Source of the DNA: an uncultured delta proteobacterium
GTDB lineage: Bacteria; Desulfobacterota; Binatia; UBA9968
Assembly: GCA_963737905.1 (NCBI GenBank)
Contig: CAVTUQ010000002.1
Span: forward strand, 64,001-128,000
Reading direction: 5' to 3'
Length of the DNA: 64,000 nt
Below, one piece after another: positions 10,063-19,732 of the stretch. Every line of letters starts with the position of its first letter. Position 1 is the stretch's first letter. The notes below the pieces were generated by a model. The model was not told the origin of the DNA. It saw nothing but the letters and a program-made list of their open reading frames with translations, and ran no database searches. The position numbers and the translations under genes are program-made.

Positions 10063-10803
10063 ATGAGCAAAGTCGCCGTGGTTACGGGTGCTGCATCGGG
10101 GATTGGACAGGCGGTCGCGGAGCGTCTAGCCCGGGACGATTTCACCGGAGTGATTCTCGACATCAACGAGGAAGGCGGCAGTCAGATTGCGGCCGAACTC
10201 CGAAAACGCGGCAAACAGGCAATGTTTATTCGTCTAGATGTGACCCGGGAAGCCGATGTGCAGAAAACTTTTCAGAAAATCATCTCGGATCACAGCCGCA
10301 TCGATGTCCTCGTCAACGTTGCCGGCGGCAGCTTGCATCGACACAAAATTGAAGAGTTTCCATTGGACCGTTGGCAAGCCGTCATCGACGTTAATCTGAC
10401 CTCGACCTTTCTCTGCTGCCGGGCAGTTATCGGTTTGATGAAAAGTCAAAAAAGCGGCGCGATCGTGAATATTTCTTCCGATATCGGTTTCAGCGGAGAT
10501 GCCGGCCGCTCGGCCTATGCCGCGGCCAAGGCAGGCATTGTGGGATTTTCGATGACGTTGGCCCTTGAACTAGCGCCCTTCGGCGTGCGCGCCAATGTCG
10601 TGGCTCCGGGACGGATTGCGACCAGGCGCGTCCGGGCGACGTACTCCGATTCTGAGTGGGAAGCCGCAGCGAAACGAATCCCCCTCGGCCATGCCGGAGA
10701 ACCGGAAGACGTCGCCGAAGCCGTGGCCTTCCTCGCCAGCGACTCGAGCAGACATATGACCGGGCAAACGCTTCACGTGAACGGCGGGAGAATCATGGGG
10801 TAG
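10063..10803 (+). CDS. Short-chain dehydrogenase/reductase (FabG-like)
   Basis: TGAASGIG, VNVAG, YAAAK and TGQTLHVNGG motifs; AAGGAG RBS. Confidence 0.93.
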   Translation: MSKVAVVTGAASGIGQAVAERLARDDFTGVILDINEEGGSQIAAELRKRGKQAMFIRLDVTREADVQKTFQKIISDHSRIDVLVNVAGGSLHRHKIEEFPLDRWQAVIDVNLTSTFLCCRAVIGLMKSQKSGAIVNISSDIGFSGDAGRSAYAAAKAGIVGFSMTLALELAPFGVRANVVAPGRIATRRVRATYSDSEWEAAAKRIPLGHAGEPEDVAEAVAFLASDSSRHMTGQTLHVNGGRIMG

Positions 10804-11015
10804 GCCGACTGTGGGCGTGGGTTAGAAAGTTTCGTCCCGATTTTTGTTCCTACCCGCTACATTTAGTCCTGCCCGGATAAGAGGTTTCAGTCAAGTCCCT
10901 AAGGCGGGACGTCATCGCTCGGACGGTTCTTCCCTTTCTGCGACTCTTACAACCTAAATTCATTGACCTACAGACCGAGATCGGCTATCTGTGCCTCAGC
11001 GCTTAGCATCAGGGA

Positions 11016-12026
11016 ATGACCATGAAAAAAAATTGCCTCCTTCTTGCCTTATGTGTTTTCGGTTGTCTCAGCGCCAACATGTCCGCAGGTGCAGGAGAAC
11101 CACTGCCGCTCCGTAAGATTCGCGCAGCTATTACTTCCATCTCCGGCTCCATGGTCCCTCCCTGGGCCGCCCACGAGGCGGGCATTTTCAGAAAGTACGG
11201 CTTAGAGGTCGAGGTGATCGCAATGCCCAGCGGTGTGCAAGGAATCAACGCGCTGATTGCGGGTGAAGTGGCGTTCGTACAGATCGCCGGGGGGACGACG
11301 GCGGGAGCCGCGGTGGGCGGCGCCAACGTAAAGATTGTCGCAACCACGGTTGGAACCTTGTTGTTAAATCTGATCGCGCGGCCAGAGATTGAGAAACCGG
11401 CGCAACTCCGCGGCAAGAACATAGGGATTAGCCGTTACGGCACGTCACTCCACACCGGAGCACGCATAGCCATGAAACATTTTGGCCTGGAGCCTGGGAA
11501 AGACGTTGCCATTGTCGAAATCGGTTCCGGCGATTGGATTGTCGGCGCGCTCCAAGGCGGCCGAGTCCAAGCCGCGGTGTTTGGATACCCCGCCACGAGC
11601 AGGGCCGTGAAGCTCGGAAACCGCGTGTTATTGCATTTACCGACCCTCAATATTCCTTATGCGTCCACGGGCGTCTCTACCCGGGGAGACATCATCCGTG
11701 ACGATCCGGACCTGGTTAAGGGGTATCTTTCGGCGGAAATTGAAGCGATTGCTCTGATGAAAAAAGATCGGGAGTTTACCATAAAGGTCTTGTCGAAGTA
11801 TCTCCGAACGAACGACATGGATCTGCTTTCGGAGTCCTATGACATCCAAATAACCAAATACATGATGAAGGTGCCCCTGACGACTGCGGACGCAGTCAGG
11901 TCGGTTTTAGATGAGCTTACCGAGAGACGTCCAAAGGCAAAGGAACAAGAACCCGGCAAATTTTTCGACGACAGATTCGTTCGCCAGTTACTGGCCAGCG
12001 ATTTTATTGACCCCCTCTACCGTTAG
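11016..12026 (+). CDS. ABC transporter substrate-binding protein, NMT1/TauA-like
   Basis: Signal peptide; GIFRKYGLEVEV, LRGKNIGISRYG, GLEPGKDV. Confidence 0.88.
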   Translation: MTMKKNCLLLALCVFGCLSANMSAGAGEPLPLRKIRAAITSISGSMVPPWAAHEAGIFRKYGLEVEVIAMPSGVQGINALIAGEVAFVQIAGGTTAGAAVGGANVKIVATTVGTLLLNLIARPEIEKPAQLRGKNIGISRYGTSLHTGARIAMKHFGLEPGKDVAIVEIGSGDWIVGALQGGRVQAAVFGYPATSRAVKLGNRVLLHLPTLNIPYASTGVSTRGDIIRDDPDLVKGYLSAEIEAIALMKKDREFTIKVLSKYLRTNDMDLLSESYDIQITKYMMKVPLTTADAVRSVLDELTERRPKAKEQEPGKFFDDRFVRQLLASDFIDPLYR

Positions 12027-12072
12027 ACTAAGACTAGATCGAGGTGAGTTATGCATGCGCAAACTATCACCG

Positions 12073-12097
12073 TTTGGATACGCTGATCGTATCCAAA
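12073..12097. promoter_or_regulatory. Perfect 10-5-10 inverted repeat, candidate enhancer-binding-protein site
   Basis: tttggatacg-ctgat-cgtatccaaa, about 75-95 bp upstream of the sigma54-type motif. Confidence 0.5.
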
Positions 12098-12169
12098 AGT
12101 ATATCGTTTCTGCTTGCGATTAACGATACAACGAGTCAAAAGTTGCGCCAAATAAAGCACATTCTCGGT

Positions 12170-12185
12170 TGGCATTGAGATTGCT
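12170..12185 (+). promoter_or_regulatory. Sigma-54 (-24/-12) promoter upstream of the M4 peptidase
   Basis: TGGCATTGAGATTGCT has GG-N10-GC spacing and matches TGGCA-N6-TTGC(A/T). Confidence 0.65.
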
Positions 12186-12283
12186 GATTCCTGTTAACCA
12201 AGCATCGACGCTGATCCGAAATATTTCAAACTGATCGATATCAAGAAATTTACATGTTTGAGGAGAAAAGGAGGAATCCAAAG

Positions 12284-13350
12284 ATGACTATTGAGACCAA
12301 AAATTAACGGACGTGGGAGTAGGAATTTGCTGCATCATTCCTCCCTACGTTATGGATCGTCTTGCGCGATCCACCGATTCGAAGATTCGTCAACTTGCCA
12401 TAGACACAATTGCAAATTCGTCGGCTATGCGCGCGATCCGCGCAACCATGGCGATGATGCCGGCCTTGGCCGCCATACCATCTCCGGCTGCCAAGCGTCA
12501 TCGTCTGGTCTATGATTTGAAAAACGGAGAATTCAACGACCTGCCTGGACAACTGATTCGCTCCGAAGGTGAGCCAAAGACCCAGGATATCGCTGAAAAC
12601 GAGGCCTATAACTACTCGGGAACAACTTATAATTTCTATAAAAGCGTTCTGGCAGAAATTCGCTCGACGACAATGGGATGACGTTGATTTCAAGCGTGCA
12701 TTTTGGGGAAAGGTACAACAACGCTTTCTGGAACGGTGAGCAAATGTGCTACGGCGATGGCGACGGACAGATTTTTATCCGATTCACGAAATCGGTGGAC
12801 GTGGTTGGCCATGAACTGACTCATGGTGTCGTTTCCAACACGTGCAACCTGATCTATTCCCGTGAATCTGGCGCGCTTAATGAGCATTTCGCTGATGTGT
12901 TTGGCACTCTCGTCAAGCAGTGGCGCAAGCGGCAAACCGTAAAGCAAGGCGACTGGCTTATCGGGGCGGAAATCATGGGACCGGGTACGACCGCGAAGTC
13001 GTTACGAACCTTTAAGGCAGAGAAGGCTTACGAGAACGACGCGCTTTTAGGGACGGACCCTCAACCCAAACATTTGAAAAACAAGTATACCGGTTCCGCC
13101 GATAACGGGGGTGTCCATATCAACTCTGGTATTCCTAACCACGCCTTCTATCTCGCCGCTCTGGAAATTGGCGGCAAAGCATGGGAAAGAGCTGGCAAGA
13201 TTTGGTATGCGACGATGCTCAAGCTGACGAGCCACGAGTCAGTTTAGCGATATGGTCCGGTCCACGACGGAGAGTGCGGCGACGCTTTATGGCAACAATA
13301 GTCGCGAGCAAAAGGCGGTAGTGAAGGCATGGAAGAGCGTGGGATTTTAA
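12284..13350 (+). CDS. Protealysin-like M4 metallopeptidase (frameshifted at ~12300, ~12650 and ~13230)
   Basis: AGGAGG RBS before ATG 12284; propeptide CCIIPPY, NNAFWNG, HELTH, ESGALNEH, GGVHINSG; the corrected C-terminus ends KAWKSVGF-TAA at 13350. Confidence 0.85.
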
Positions 13351-13658
13351 ATGAAAATTCGTTTTCGCCAAACCGGTGGTTTCGGGGGGCTCGTCATGGG
13401 CTGTGATCTCGATACGAGCACCCTGTCACCGCCCGAAGCACAAGAGCTCGCGCGACTCGATCAAACAGGCAAATCTGGAAAATATTCACTCTCCACCGAA
13501 GCGCAGAGCGCGAGATTTGCAGAATTATGAAATTGCCGTTGAAGGTGAAGGAACCACCGCCAAGGCGTACCTTTGACGATATGAGCATGCCAGCCAACAT
13601 GAAACCCTTGCTCGATTTTTTGCGTCGGCGGGCTCGTGCGGTACCGCTGGACGGATAG
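13351..13658 (+). CDS. Emfourin-like protealysin inhibitor (two frameshifts)
   Basis: Starts directly after the peptidase stop. Reconstructed as MKIRFRQTGGFGGLVMGCDLDTSTLSPPEAQELARL...ARDLQNYEIAVE...MPANMKPLLDFL. The GGFxG and DxxxYEI motifs are typical of emfourin. Confidence 0.78.
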
Positions 13659-13805
13659 CCCGAATTATTTTTCTCAGGCGTTCGCTCCACAAATTCAGTT
13701 TACAGACGCCTCCGAGGTAAAGGTCCAGTGGCTTCGCTCCGGAGGGTTCGCTCCACGATCGTTGTGAATAATCCGGATTAGCACAACGCGTTACTCGCGC
13801 GGAAT

Positions 13806-14792
13806 CTACCAGTCTTCTTTTTCGAATCGCATACCGGTGGTTTCCGCGGCATATTTGATATCTTCCATCGACCAGGGATTACCGCATGTAATAACAACAC
13901 TGGTTGCGGGATCCATGCGGTCACGCAGAGTTTCGCGAGTCAGATGCTTCGGTAATGCCGGTTTGACGGTCTTCTCCAGAACCGCTTTTGCCTTTGCCAC
14001 ATCGCTGCCGTTCGCTGCAATCTGCTGCAAGTCCTGTTCTTCTTTGAGAGGCATCTCCAGCAGATAGCGCAGCATGTTATTCGCCCGTCCCCTGCCGAGT
14101 TTCGGGTCGTCCCAGTCGCGTTGGGTAGGCCGGCTCACCGACGGAACGTAGACAAAATCAAAACGCTGTGCCGCCTCGAGGTCGAGCAAGTCCTGGTAGT
14201 AATCCAGCTCTTCGTAGGTCCGGTTGGTATGGAGCAGCGTGTACCTGACGGAATTGCTTTTGCCTGACTTCGCCTCAAAGTCGAGCTGCTTCGCCATGGA
14301 GATAAAAGGCGCCAAGCCGGTCCCCGTCCCGATCAAAATCACATTCTTCAAGCCGGCCGCCCGTTTGTCCAGCGTAAAGTCTCCCGCGATCTTTTCGTAA
14401 TAGACCATCTTGTTGTCTGCTTCCGGGCTCATACGGAACATCGACTCCGTCAGTCTTCCCTTCACACCCTTTTCATCGATCTCCAAAATAACGTAAAACT
14501 CCAAGTAGCCTTTTTCCTCCGTCTCAAACGGTGCGGAGGCAATGGAATAGGAGTGAGTCACCGCGCCGCGCTTGGGGGCTCCCTGCGTATCGAGAACGGC
14601 TAGGTATTCTACTTTGCCTCCGTCTCCAACAACTTTCTTCGTCAGCCTGCAGTCATTGCGCTGCAGGGCCATATACTGACCGGCCTTGTAACTCGGAAAC
14701 TTGCTGCCTCCCTGCGGCACGAGACGAAAGACCGCCAATATATCGGAAGAATATCGCCAGTAATCTACAGCTCCGACCTTCTTTTCAGCCAT
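13806..14792 (-). CDS. Ferredoxin/flavodoxin-NADP+ reductase-like flavoprotein with insertions
   Basis: AGQYM, HSYSIASAP, GRLT, IGTGTGLAPF, TCGNP and a C-terminal aromatic residue (EKEDW). Confidence 0.82.
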   Translation of the reverse strand: MAEKKVGAVDYWRYSSDILAVFRLVPQGGSKFPSYKAGQYMALQRNDCRLTKKVVGDGGKVEYLAVLDTQGAPKRGAVTHSYSIASAPFETEEKGYLEFYVILEIDEKGVKGRLTESMFRMSPEADNKMVYYEKIAGDFTLDKRAAGLKNVILIGTGTGLAPFISMAKQLDFEAKSGKSNSVRYTLLHTNRTYEELDYYQDLLDLEAAQRFDFVYVPSVSRPTQRDWDDPKLGRGRANNMLRYLLEMPLKEEQDLQQIAANGSDVAKAKAVLEKTVKPALPKHLTRETLRDRMDPATSVVITCGNPWSMEDIKYAAETTGMRFEKEDW

Positions 14793-14955
14793 ACCACTAC
14801 CCCTTATCCAATTGATAACGCGAGGGGAAAATGAACTCCTGTTGTCGATGGTCCCAAGTCAGCGTGCAATTATAGAAGTTTAATTCGATTGGAAACCGGC
14901 CGGTCTTGGAGACTCCAATGCCTAGCCGGACCCATGGCATGAATCTAAGAGGATT

Positions 14956-15225
14956 CTACTGAAGCTCCCTTTTGCCTTCGTACTCTAACTCTGTACCGCG
15001 TGAATCTTTATGTGTAAAAGAGACGAGCTCCCAGGAGCTGTCTTCGAGGGGCCCCTTGAGGATATAAGAATTCTCATCATCGCCTAAGATACGATAGTAG
15101 CAGGCCTGCTCACCGTACCAGCGATCCACCACCGCGCCCACATTAATCGTTCGGGTCCCTAACAAAAACCGGGATGGAGTTTCTTGCCCCTTGGAGTCAG
15201 GAATGGATTCCACCTTGATCTTCAT
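14956..15225 (-). CDS. Hypothetical protein
   Basis: 89 aa ORF with an AGAGAG-type RBS and a VVDRWYG...YYRILGDD..YIL pattern. Confidence 0.65.
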   Translation of the reverse strand: MKIKVESIPDSKGQETPSRFLLGTRTINVGAVVDRWYGEQACYYRILGDDENSYILKGPLEDSSWELVSFTHKDSRGTELEYEGKRELQ

Positions 15226-15294
15226 AGTTCACTCTCTTTGCCAAATCACAACGACTTAATATAACGTAAATCGAACAAAATTCAAAGGAGTCCC

Positions 15295-15984
15295 ATGAAA
15301 TCAACCCGCCAACTTAAAAAAGACATTATCAGCGCGTGTCGCGTCCTCTCTCACCAGAAACTGGTCCAAGGTTTTGGCCATGTCAGCGCGCGCATTCTTA
15401 ATTCGGATCTCTTCCTGATAACGCCCCGGATTGGCCTCGCTTTGGTCACGGAGAACGAACTTCTAACCGTGAATTTCAACGGAGAAGTGGTCGAAGGCTG
15501 CCACCCGGCTCCTTCCGAAACTTGGCTCCATACGGCCATAATGAAGGCTAAACCCGGAATCAATGCGATCACACGGATTCACGGGCGGGTCGCCAATATG
15601 TTTTCGGTCACGGACAGGAAACTCGAGCCGGTGCACAACCATGGGAGTTTTTTCGCCGGCGGCGTCCCCGTATTCTATCAGCCGGATCTCATCACCACCC
15701 AGAAACTGGGTGAGGAAGTCGTGCAAGCACTCGGCGACGGCCCCGCAGTGTTGCTAAGAGGAAATGGCCAGGTAACCGTAGGGCGAACCATTCCTGAAGC
15801 AGTCATGATGGCAATTTATCTGGAGGAAGCCGCTCGGATTCTTTACGGGGCTCTTCAAATAGGCACACCCATCCCGCTGACGTCTGACGAATCGGCCAAG
15901 CGTCAGGTGGAAGCGCTCCCGCCGGTGGATATGGAACGGGCATGGAATTACTTCAAGAAGCGCGCTGAGCTACACAACGGTTAG
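15295..15984 (+). CDS. Class II aldolase/adducin family protein
   Basis: FGHVSAR, PSETWLHTAI, AVLLRGNG; AAGGAG RBS. Confidence 0.9.
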   Translation: MKSTRQLKKDIISACRVLSHQKLVQGFGHVSARILNSDLFLITPRIGLALVTENELLTVNFNGEVVEGCHPAPSETWLHTAIMKAKPGINAITRIHGRVANMFSVTDRKLEPVHNHGSFFAGGVPVFYQPDLITTQKLGEEVVQALGDGPAVLLRGNGQVTVGRTIPEAVMMAIYLEEAARILYGALQIGTPIPLTSDESAKRQVEALPPVDMERAWNYFKKRAELHNG

Positions 15985-16010
15985 CCCGTTCCTCGCTGGA
16001 GATCAATGCC

Positions 16011-16045
16011 AAAAAAAAGCACGGCACCCATTTAGGTGCCGTGCT
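16011..16045 (-). terminator. Rho-independent terminator of the cytochrome operon
   Basis: Stem agcacggcacc/ggtgccgtgct with a 6-nt loop, followed by a T run on the minus strand. Confidence 0.8.
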
Positions 16046-16070
16046 AGCTGATATTTTTTTTCGCTGAGTT

Positions 16071-16784
16071 TTACTTACCCGCCATTTCAAAGTTCACTTT
16101 TGTGTCTTCCTTCGCTTTTACCGTGACCTTCTGTGTCGTTTTGCCAAGTTTCTGCTGCCAAACTTCAACCGTATAGGTTCCCGGCGGCACATCGGTCAAT
16201 TTAAAGGTTCCCGAATTATCCGTCACTGCAAAATACGGATTGGCGGTGGCAACCAGCCAACCTTCCATCCAGCCGTGAACATCGCATCTCACTTCGATGG
16301 TCTCGGGCTTATCGATCTTAACATCCATGGTTTTTTTGAACTTCGGCTGAGCCATATTAAAAGCAGTGTTCACCTTGCTAAAGGAGTGGATATTGTGCAG
16401 AATCCCGTCCGGATTCACGATCGTGACTGTTGAACCGGCGGGAAAAGCCAAAACGTGGGGATGGTAACGGCAGCCTTGCTGATCCAAGGTAACTTTTCCC
16501 ACTTCCATTTTTTTCCCTTTGGAAATGTCGGTGATTGTAACAACGGCATTGACAAGATTGCCGTTCGATACAACAAGGGATTCATCGGTTAGGGGCGTTT
16601 TGCCGCAAACTTCCTTGTCTTTGCTCGCATCTAGTTTTTTGGGCACTGGCGCAGTACCCTTGAATTTGACGGTTCCGGAAATAGTCCCACCGTCTTTCAC
16701 GTCGCCGCCTTCATAAGCCGCCATGCCACTGACCGGCAGGGCGATCAAAACGGCAGCCAAAACCATTGAACTCAGTTTATTCAT
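16071..16784 (-). CDS. Periplasmic cupredoxin-like protein with carboxypeptidase-regulatory-like domain
   Basis: Signal peptide; LHNIHS and CDVHGWM (His...Cys-x2-His-x2-Met); C-terminal GTFKLTDVPPGTYTV. Confidence 0.75.
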   Translation of the reverse strand: MNKLSSMVLAAVLIALPVSGMAAYEGGDVKDGGTISGTVKFKGTAPVPKKLDASKDKEVCGKTPLTDESLVVSNGNLVNAVVTITDISKGKKMEVGKVTLDQQGCRYHPHVLAFPAGSTVTIVNPDGILHNIHSFSKVNTAFNMAQPKFKKTMDVKIDKPETIEVRCDVHGWMEGWLVATANPYFAVTDNSGTFKLTDVPPGTYTVEVWQQKLGKTTQKVTVKAKEDTKVNFEMAGK

Positions 16785-16843
16785 AATGCCTCCTTCAAAC
16801 TACAATAACGTTTAACTGTTGGACGTTCAATAACATTTGCCAT

Positions 16844-19558
16844 TCATCGACCCGCAACTTTGGCTTTCACCGCCGGAACGCGAGGAGCGGGAGAAACGGA
16901 GACAGTGGCGGCGCTGTGGCCGAGGCTCATGATGTAATCACGCAGAGCTTCGATTTGTAGATCCTCTTTGCCGCCGAGGATATCGTCCGGCCCACCGGGA
17001 TAGAACGATGGCATCTTCGTTCCGGGTTGAACTTTTTGCGGATCGTGCAGCCATTTGATGATCCAATCCGGACGCAACCGCTGCCGTGCCAATGTCAGAT
17101 CGGGCGCCCAGCCCTCTTCCGGACCCTCGGGTTTCTTTTCACCTTGCTGATGGCAGCTAAAACAGTTGAAATAATCTTTGGATACCAGTTTACGCCCCGC
17201 GTCAAGAAATTCTGGTGGGACATTGGCCTCGTTAAAATAGGTGAAGGGGTTATCCACTCTCGAAAGGCCATTGAAGAAAGCGACCAACGTGTGGTCTTCC
17301 TGGTCCGAAACGCCGAAGGTCGGCATCCTCAACTTGAGCCATGGACGAATCGGAACAGGCCCTTTAAGAAAAGCGAACAACCATGGCGACTGCACCTTCT
17401 CTCCCTCGCCGTTGAGAATGGGCGGCGCGAGCGTCGGGGTCTCCTGATAGTATTTTCGAATGAACCCACCCCGTCCTTCGATTTCATGACAACCAATGCA
17501 ATTGTACTGGTGCATCAGGCGGCGCCCCTCGACAATCTGAACGGTCCTGGCGCTGTGATCCGCCAGATAACGAGTGGGAATCTTTCGATCGCGGAAACCG
17601 GCGAGAACAACGCGCAAGGCCCTGATGTCAGAGTCCGCCAAATCGAACTGCGGCATCAACTGCTCAACACGTTCGGTCGCGTAAGTTCGGGGTGTTTTAA
17701 GTTTGTTGTAAGTCCAGGCGTCCCAAGTTTCAGGGATATCCGTGTGGTTCCCGAAGAAAAGCTCTTCAACGGTCTTGCTACCAAAAGTAGTGAGCTCGAC
17801 GCCGATGCGGGATTCTTTTTCCATTCCCGGGATGTCGTGACAACCGAAGCAGCCATACTTGCGAATCAGGGATTGGCCGCGAGCAATGTTTTGTTGGTCC
17901 TGCAACCGCCCGTCAATATTCGCGATGGGATCCGATTTGCTTCCCAGGGTCGAGAGATAAGCCGTGATCGCCAACGCTTCCTGATCGCCCAGCCGTAGGC
18001 TCGGCATACGGGTTTCGGCGAAATAACCGCGCGGGTTCTTGATCCAGTGGTAAATCCACTGGGGACCGACTTTTGCGGCAATGTTTTGGAGATTAGGAAC
18101 GACATCCTTCGCCTGACCGAGCACGGTGGAAAACTCACCGTTGGCGAATCCGTGACAGCCCTTGCACCCGATGGTTTCAGTCAGCTGCTTACCCTGATCA
18201 ATGAGAGTTTTGTCGCCCTCTCGAAGGCCTGAAGGCATCGGATTATCCTGCAGCCACTTCTCCCCCTCTTGCTTTGAAACCGACCAGAGATAAGACGCAA
18301 TCGCGACCGCTTCATCCTCCCTGAAAGCAAAGTTCGGCATGCGGGTGCGCGGGCGAAAACGATGCGGGTTCTCGATCCAATGGACCATCCAGCTTGGATC
18401 GACTTTGGCGCTGATTCGCCTCAGGCTCGGGCCGATTTTGGGAATATCTTCGTATCCCTTGGCCAAGTGGCAACCCGTGCAGCCGACCTGCTCGAACAAC
18501 CGCTGTCCATCGGCCAGAAGCGCAGCATCCTTAAGCGGCTGCACGTCCAAGTGACAAGAGACGCAGCTGCTCTGGACCTTGGCGCCGCGCAGAAGCGGCG
18601 TCTCCCAATAAGGGACCTCGCCATGTGCCTGGTTGACGCTGTTGATGGCGGGTCCTTGGCCTTCGTGACAGGAAGTACAGCCAAACTTCTCCGGCGGATG
18701 CGCGTTATCCGCAAACAACACCTCGCGGTTCGGATGAGTGCGAAAAGGGTTCGGCTCTTTTTCAAAGCCCGGCCGGTTGATGCCAACGTGACAGCTCTGA
18801 CAGCGGTCCACACGCGCGACGGGCTCATCGAAATTGTTGCGCTCGAACTCGGGCAAGGACACTTGCTTGATGCTGGGGATCTTATAAAAGGAGAGAACCT
18901 TGAACTCGTTGATTTTGACGCTCGACCTGGCGTTGTCCATGACACGGATCCACTTGTCTCGTTCCGCCGTCATTTTCGCACGCTGTTCCTCGAGCTGTTT
19001 GACGCTGCCGTTGATTTTTTCGATTTCCTCTTTCAGCTGGTCACGCTTCTGCCGTGCCGTGTCGAGTTGAGGGTCCAATTTCGCCTTCGCCTTGTTGAGC
19101 TCGTCGATTTGCGCCAAAGCCGCCTTCGGGTTGCCTCCGGTCTGGACCGCATGATCGTGCTCATACCAGGCCTCTTCCAACTCGCTCTTGAGAAATTTGA
19201 TTTCCTGATCCAGCTCAGTGAATCGAACCTGGACTCCTGTCTCTTCCTGGCTTAGAGGCGCAAGCTTGTTCCTTAGCTCCCCTGTGGCCAGGCTATTCTC
19301 CGTAGCCGCAATTTTCTTGTTGAGATCTTGATAAGCCGGGTCGGCCTGAAGCTTTTTGTCCTCTGCATTGTATGCTGCCTGAGCTTTTTGATAATCGAGC
19401 CGGTAGAACTGCGTCTGGAAACGTTTCCATGGACGTCGGGTGATGTTGTCATCCCAGAACGACCAGAAGGTGAGAACCACCAGCAGGGCACTGCCAAGGA
19501 CAAAGACACTGCCGTAGGACTTTTTTTCTTCGCGCTCGTCTACACCTCTAACCGCCAT
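16844..19558 (-). CDS. Membrane-anchored octaheme cytochrome c
   Basis: N-terminal TM helix, long coiled coil, eight CxxCH motifs (CQSCH, CTSCH, CVSCH, CTGCH, CKGCH, CFGCH, CIGCH, CFSCH) and repeated RMP/LMP/KMP distal-Met motifs. Confidence 0.92.
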   Translation of the reverse strand: MAVRGVDEREEKKSYGSVFVLGSALLVVLTFWSFWDDNITRRPWKRFQTQFYRLDYQKAQAAYNAEDKKLQADPAYQDLNKKIAATENSLATGELRNKLAPLSQEETGVQVRFTELDQEIKFLKSELEEAWYEHDHAVQTGGNPKAALAQIDELNKAKAKLDPQLDTARQKRDQLKEEIEKINGSVKQLEEQRAKMTAERDKWIRVMDNARSSVKINEFKVLSFYKIPSIKQVSLPEFERNNFDEPVARVDRCQSCHVGINRPGFEKEPNPFRTHPNREVLFADNAHPPEKFGCTSCHEGQGPAINSVNQAHGEVPYWETPLLRGAKVQSSCVSCHLDVQPLKDAALLADGQRLFEQVGCTGCHLAKGYEDIPKIGPSLRRISAKVDPSWMVHWIENPHRFRPRTRMPNFAFREDEAVAIASYLWSVSKQEGEKWLQDNPMPSGLREGDKTLIDQGKQLTETIGCKGCHGFANGEFSTVLGQAKDVVPNLQNIAAKVGPQWIYHWIKNPRGYFAETRMPSLRLGDQEALAITAYLSTLGSKSDPIANIDGRLQDQQNIARGQSLIRKYGCFGCHDIPGMEKESRIGVELTTFGSKTVEELFFGNHTDIPETWDAWTYNKLKTPRTYATERVEQLMPQFDLADSDIRALRVVLAGFRDRKIPTRYLADHSARTVQIVEGRRLMHQYNCIGCHEIEGRGGFIRKYYQETPTLAPPILNGEGEKVQSPWLFAFLKGPVPIRPWLKLRMPTFGVSDQEDHTLVAFFNGLSRVDNPFTYFNEANVPPEFLDAGRKLVSKDYFNCFSCHQQGEKKPEGPEEGWAPDLTLARQRLRPDWIIKWLHDPQKVQPGTKMPSFYPGGPDDILGGKEDLQIEALRDYIMSLGHSAATVSVSPAPRVPAVKAKVAGR

Positions 19559-19567
19559 CCGCGCCTC

Positions 19568-19732
19568 TCAGGTTTTGTTTTCCAGCGTTCGACCCAGGGA
19601 AAAGACCCCGACACCGATCAAAGTCAACACGATCTCCTCTGCCATCGACGCATGCTGCACCACGCCGGCATAAAGGGCGTAACCCACGTCAGCAACACCG
19701 ATCGCTTGGAAAATCTTAGCGAGGTAGAACAT
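19568..19732 (-). CDS. 54-aa two-TM small protein in the cytochrome b operon
   Basis: ATG overlaps the upstream stop (TGATG). MFYLAKIFQAIGVADVGYALYAGVVQHASMAEEIVLTLIGVGVFSLGRTLENKT. Its stop runs into the GAGG RBS of the cytochrome c gene. Confidence 0.65.
   Translation of the reverse strand: MFYLAKIFQAIGVADVGYALYAGVVQHASMAEEIVLTLIGVGVFSLGRTLENKT

Noticed and set aside
13680-13757. Three copies of ttcgctcc downstream of emfourin
   Set aside because: Too short and irregularly spaced to support an array or named element.
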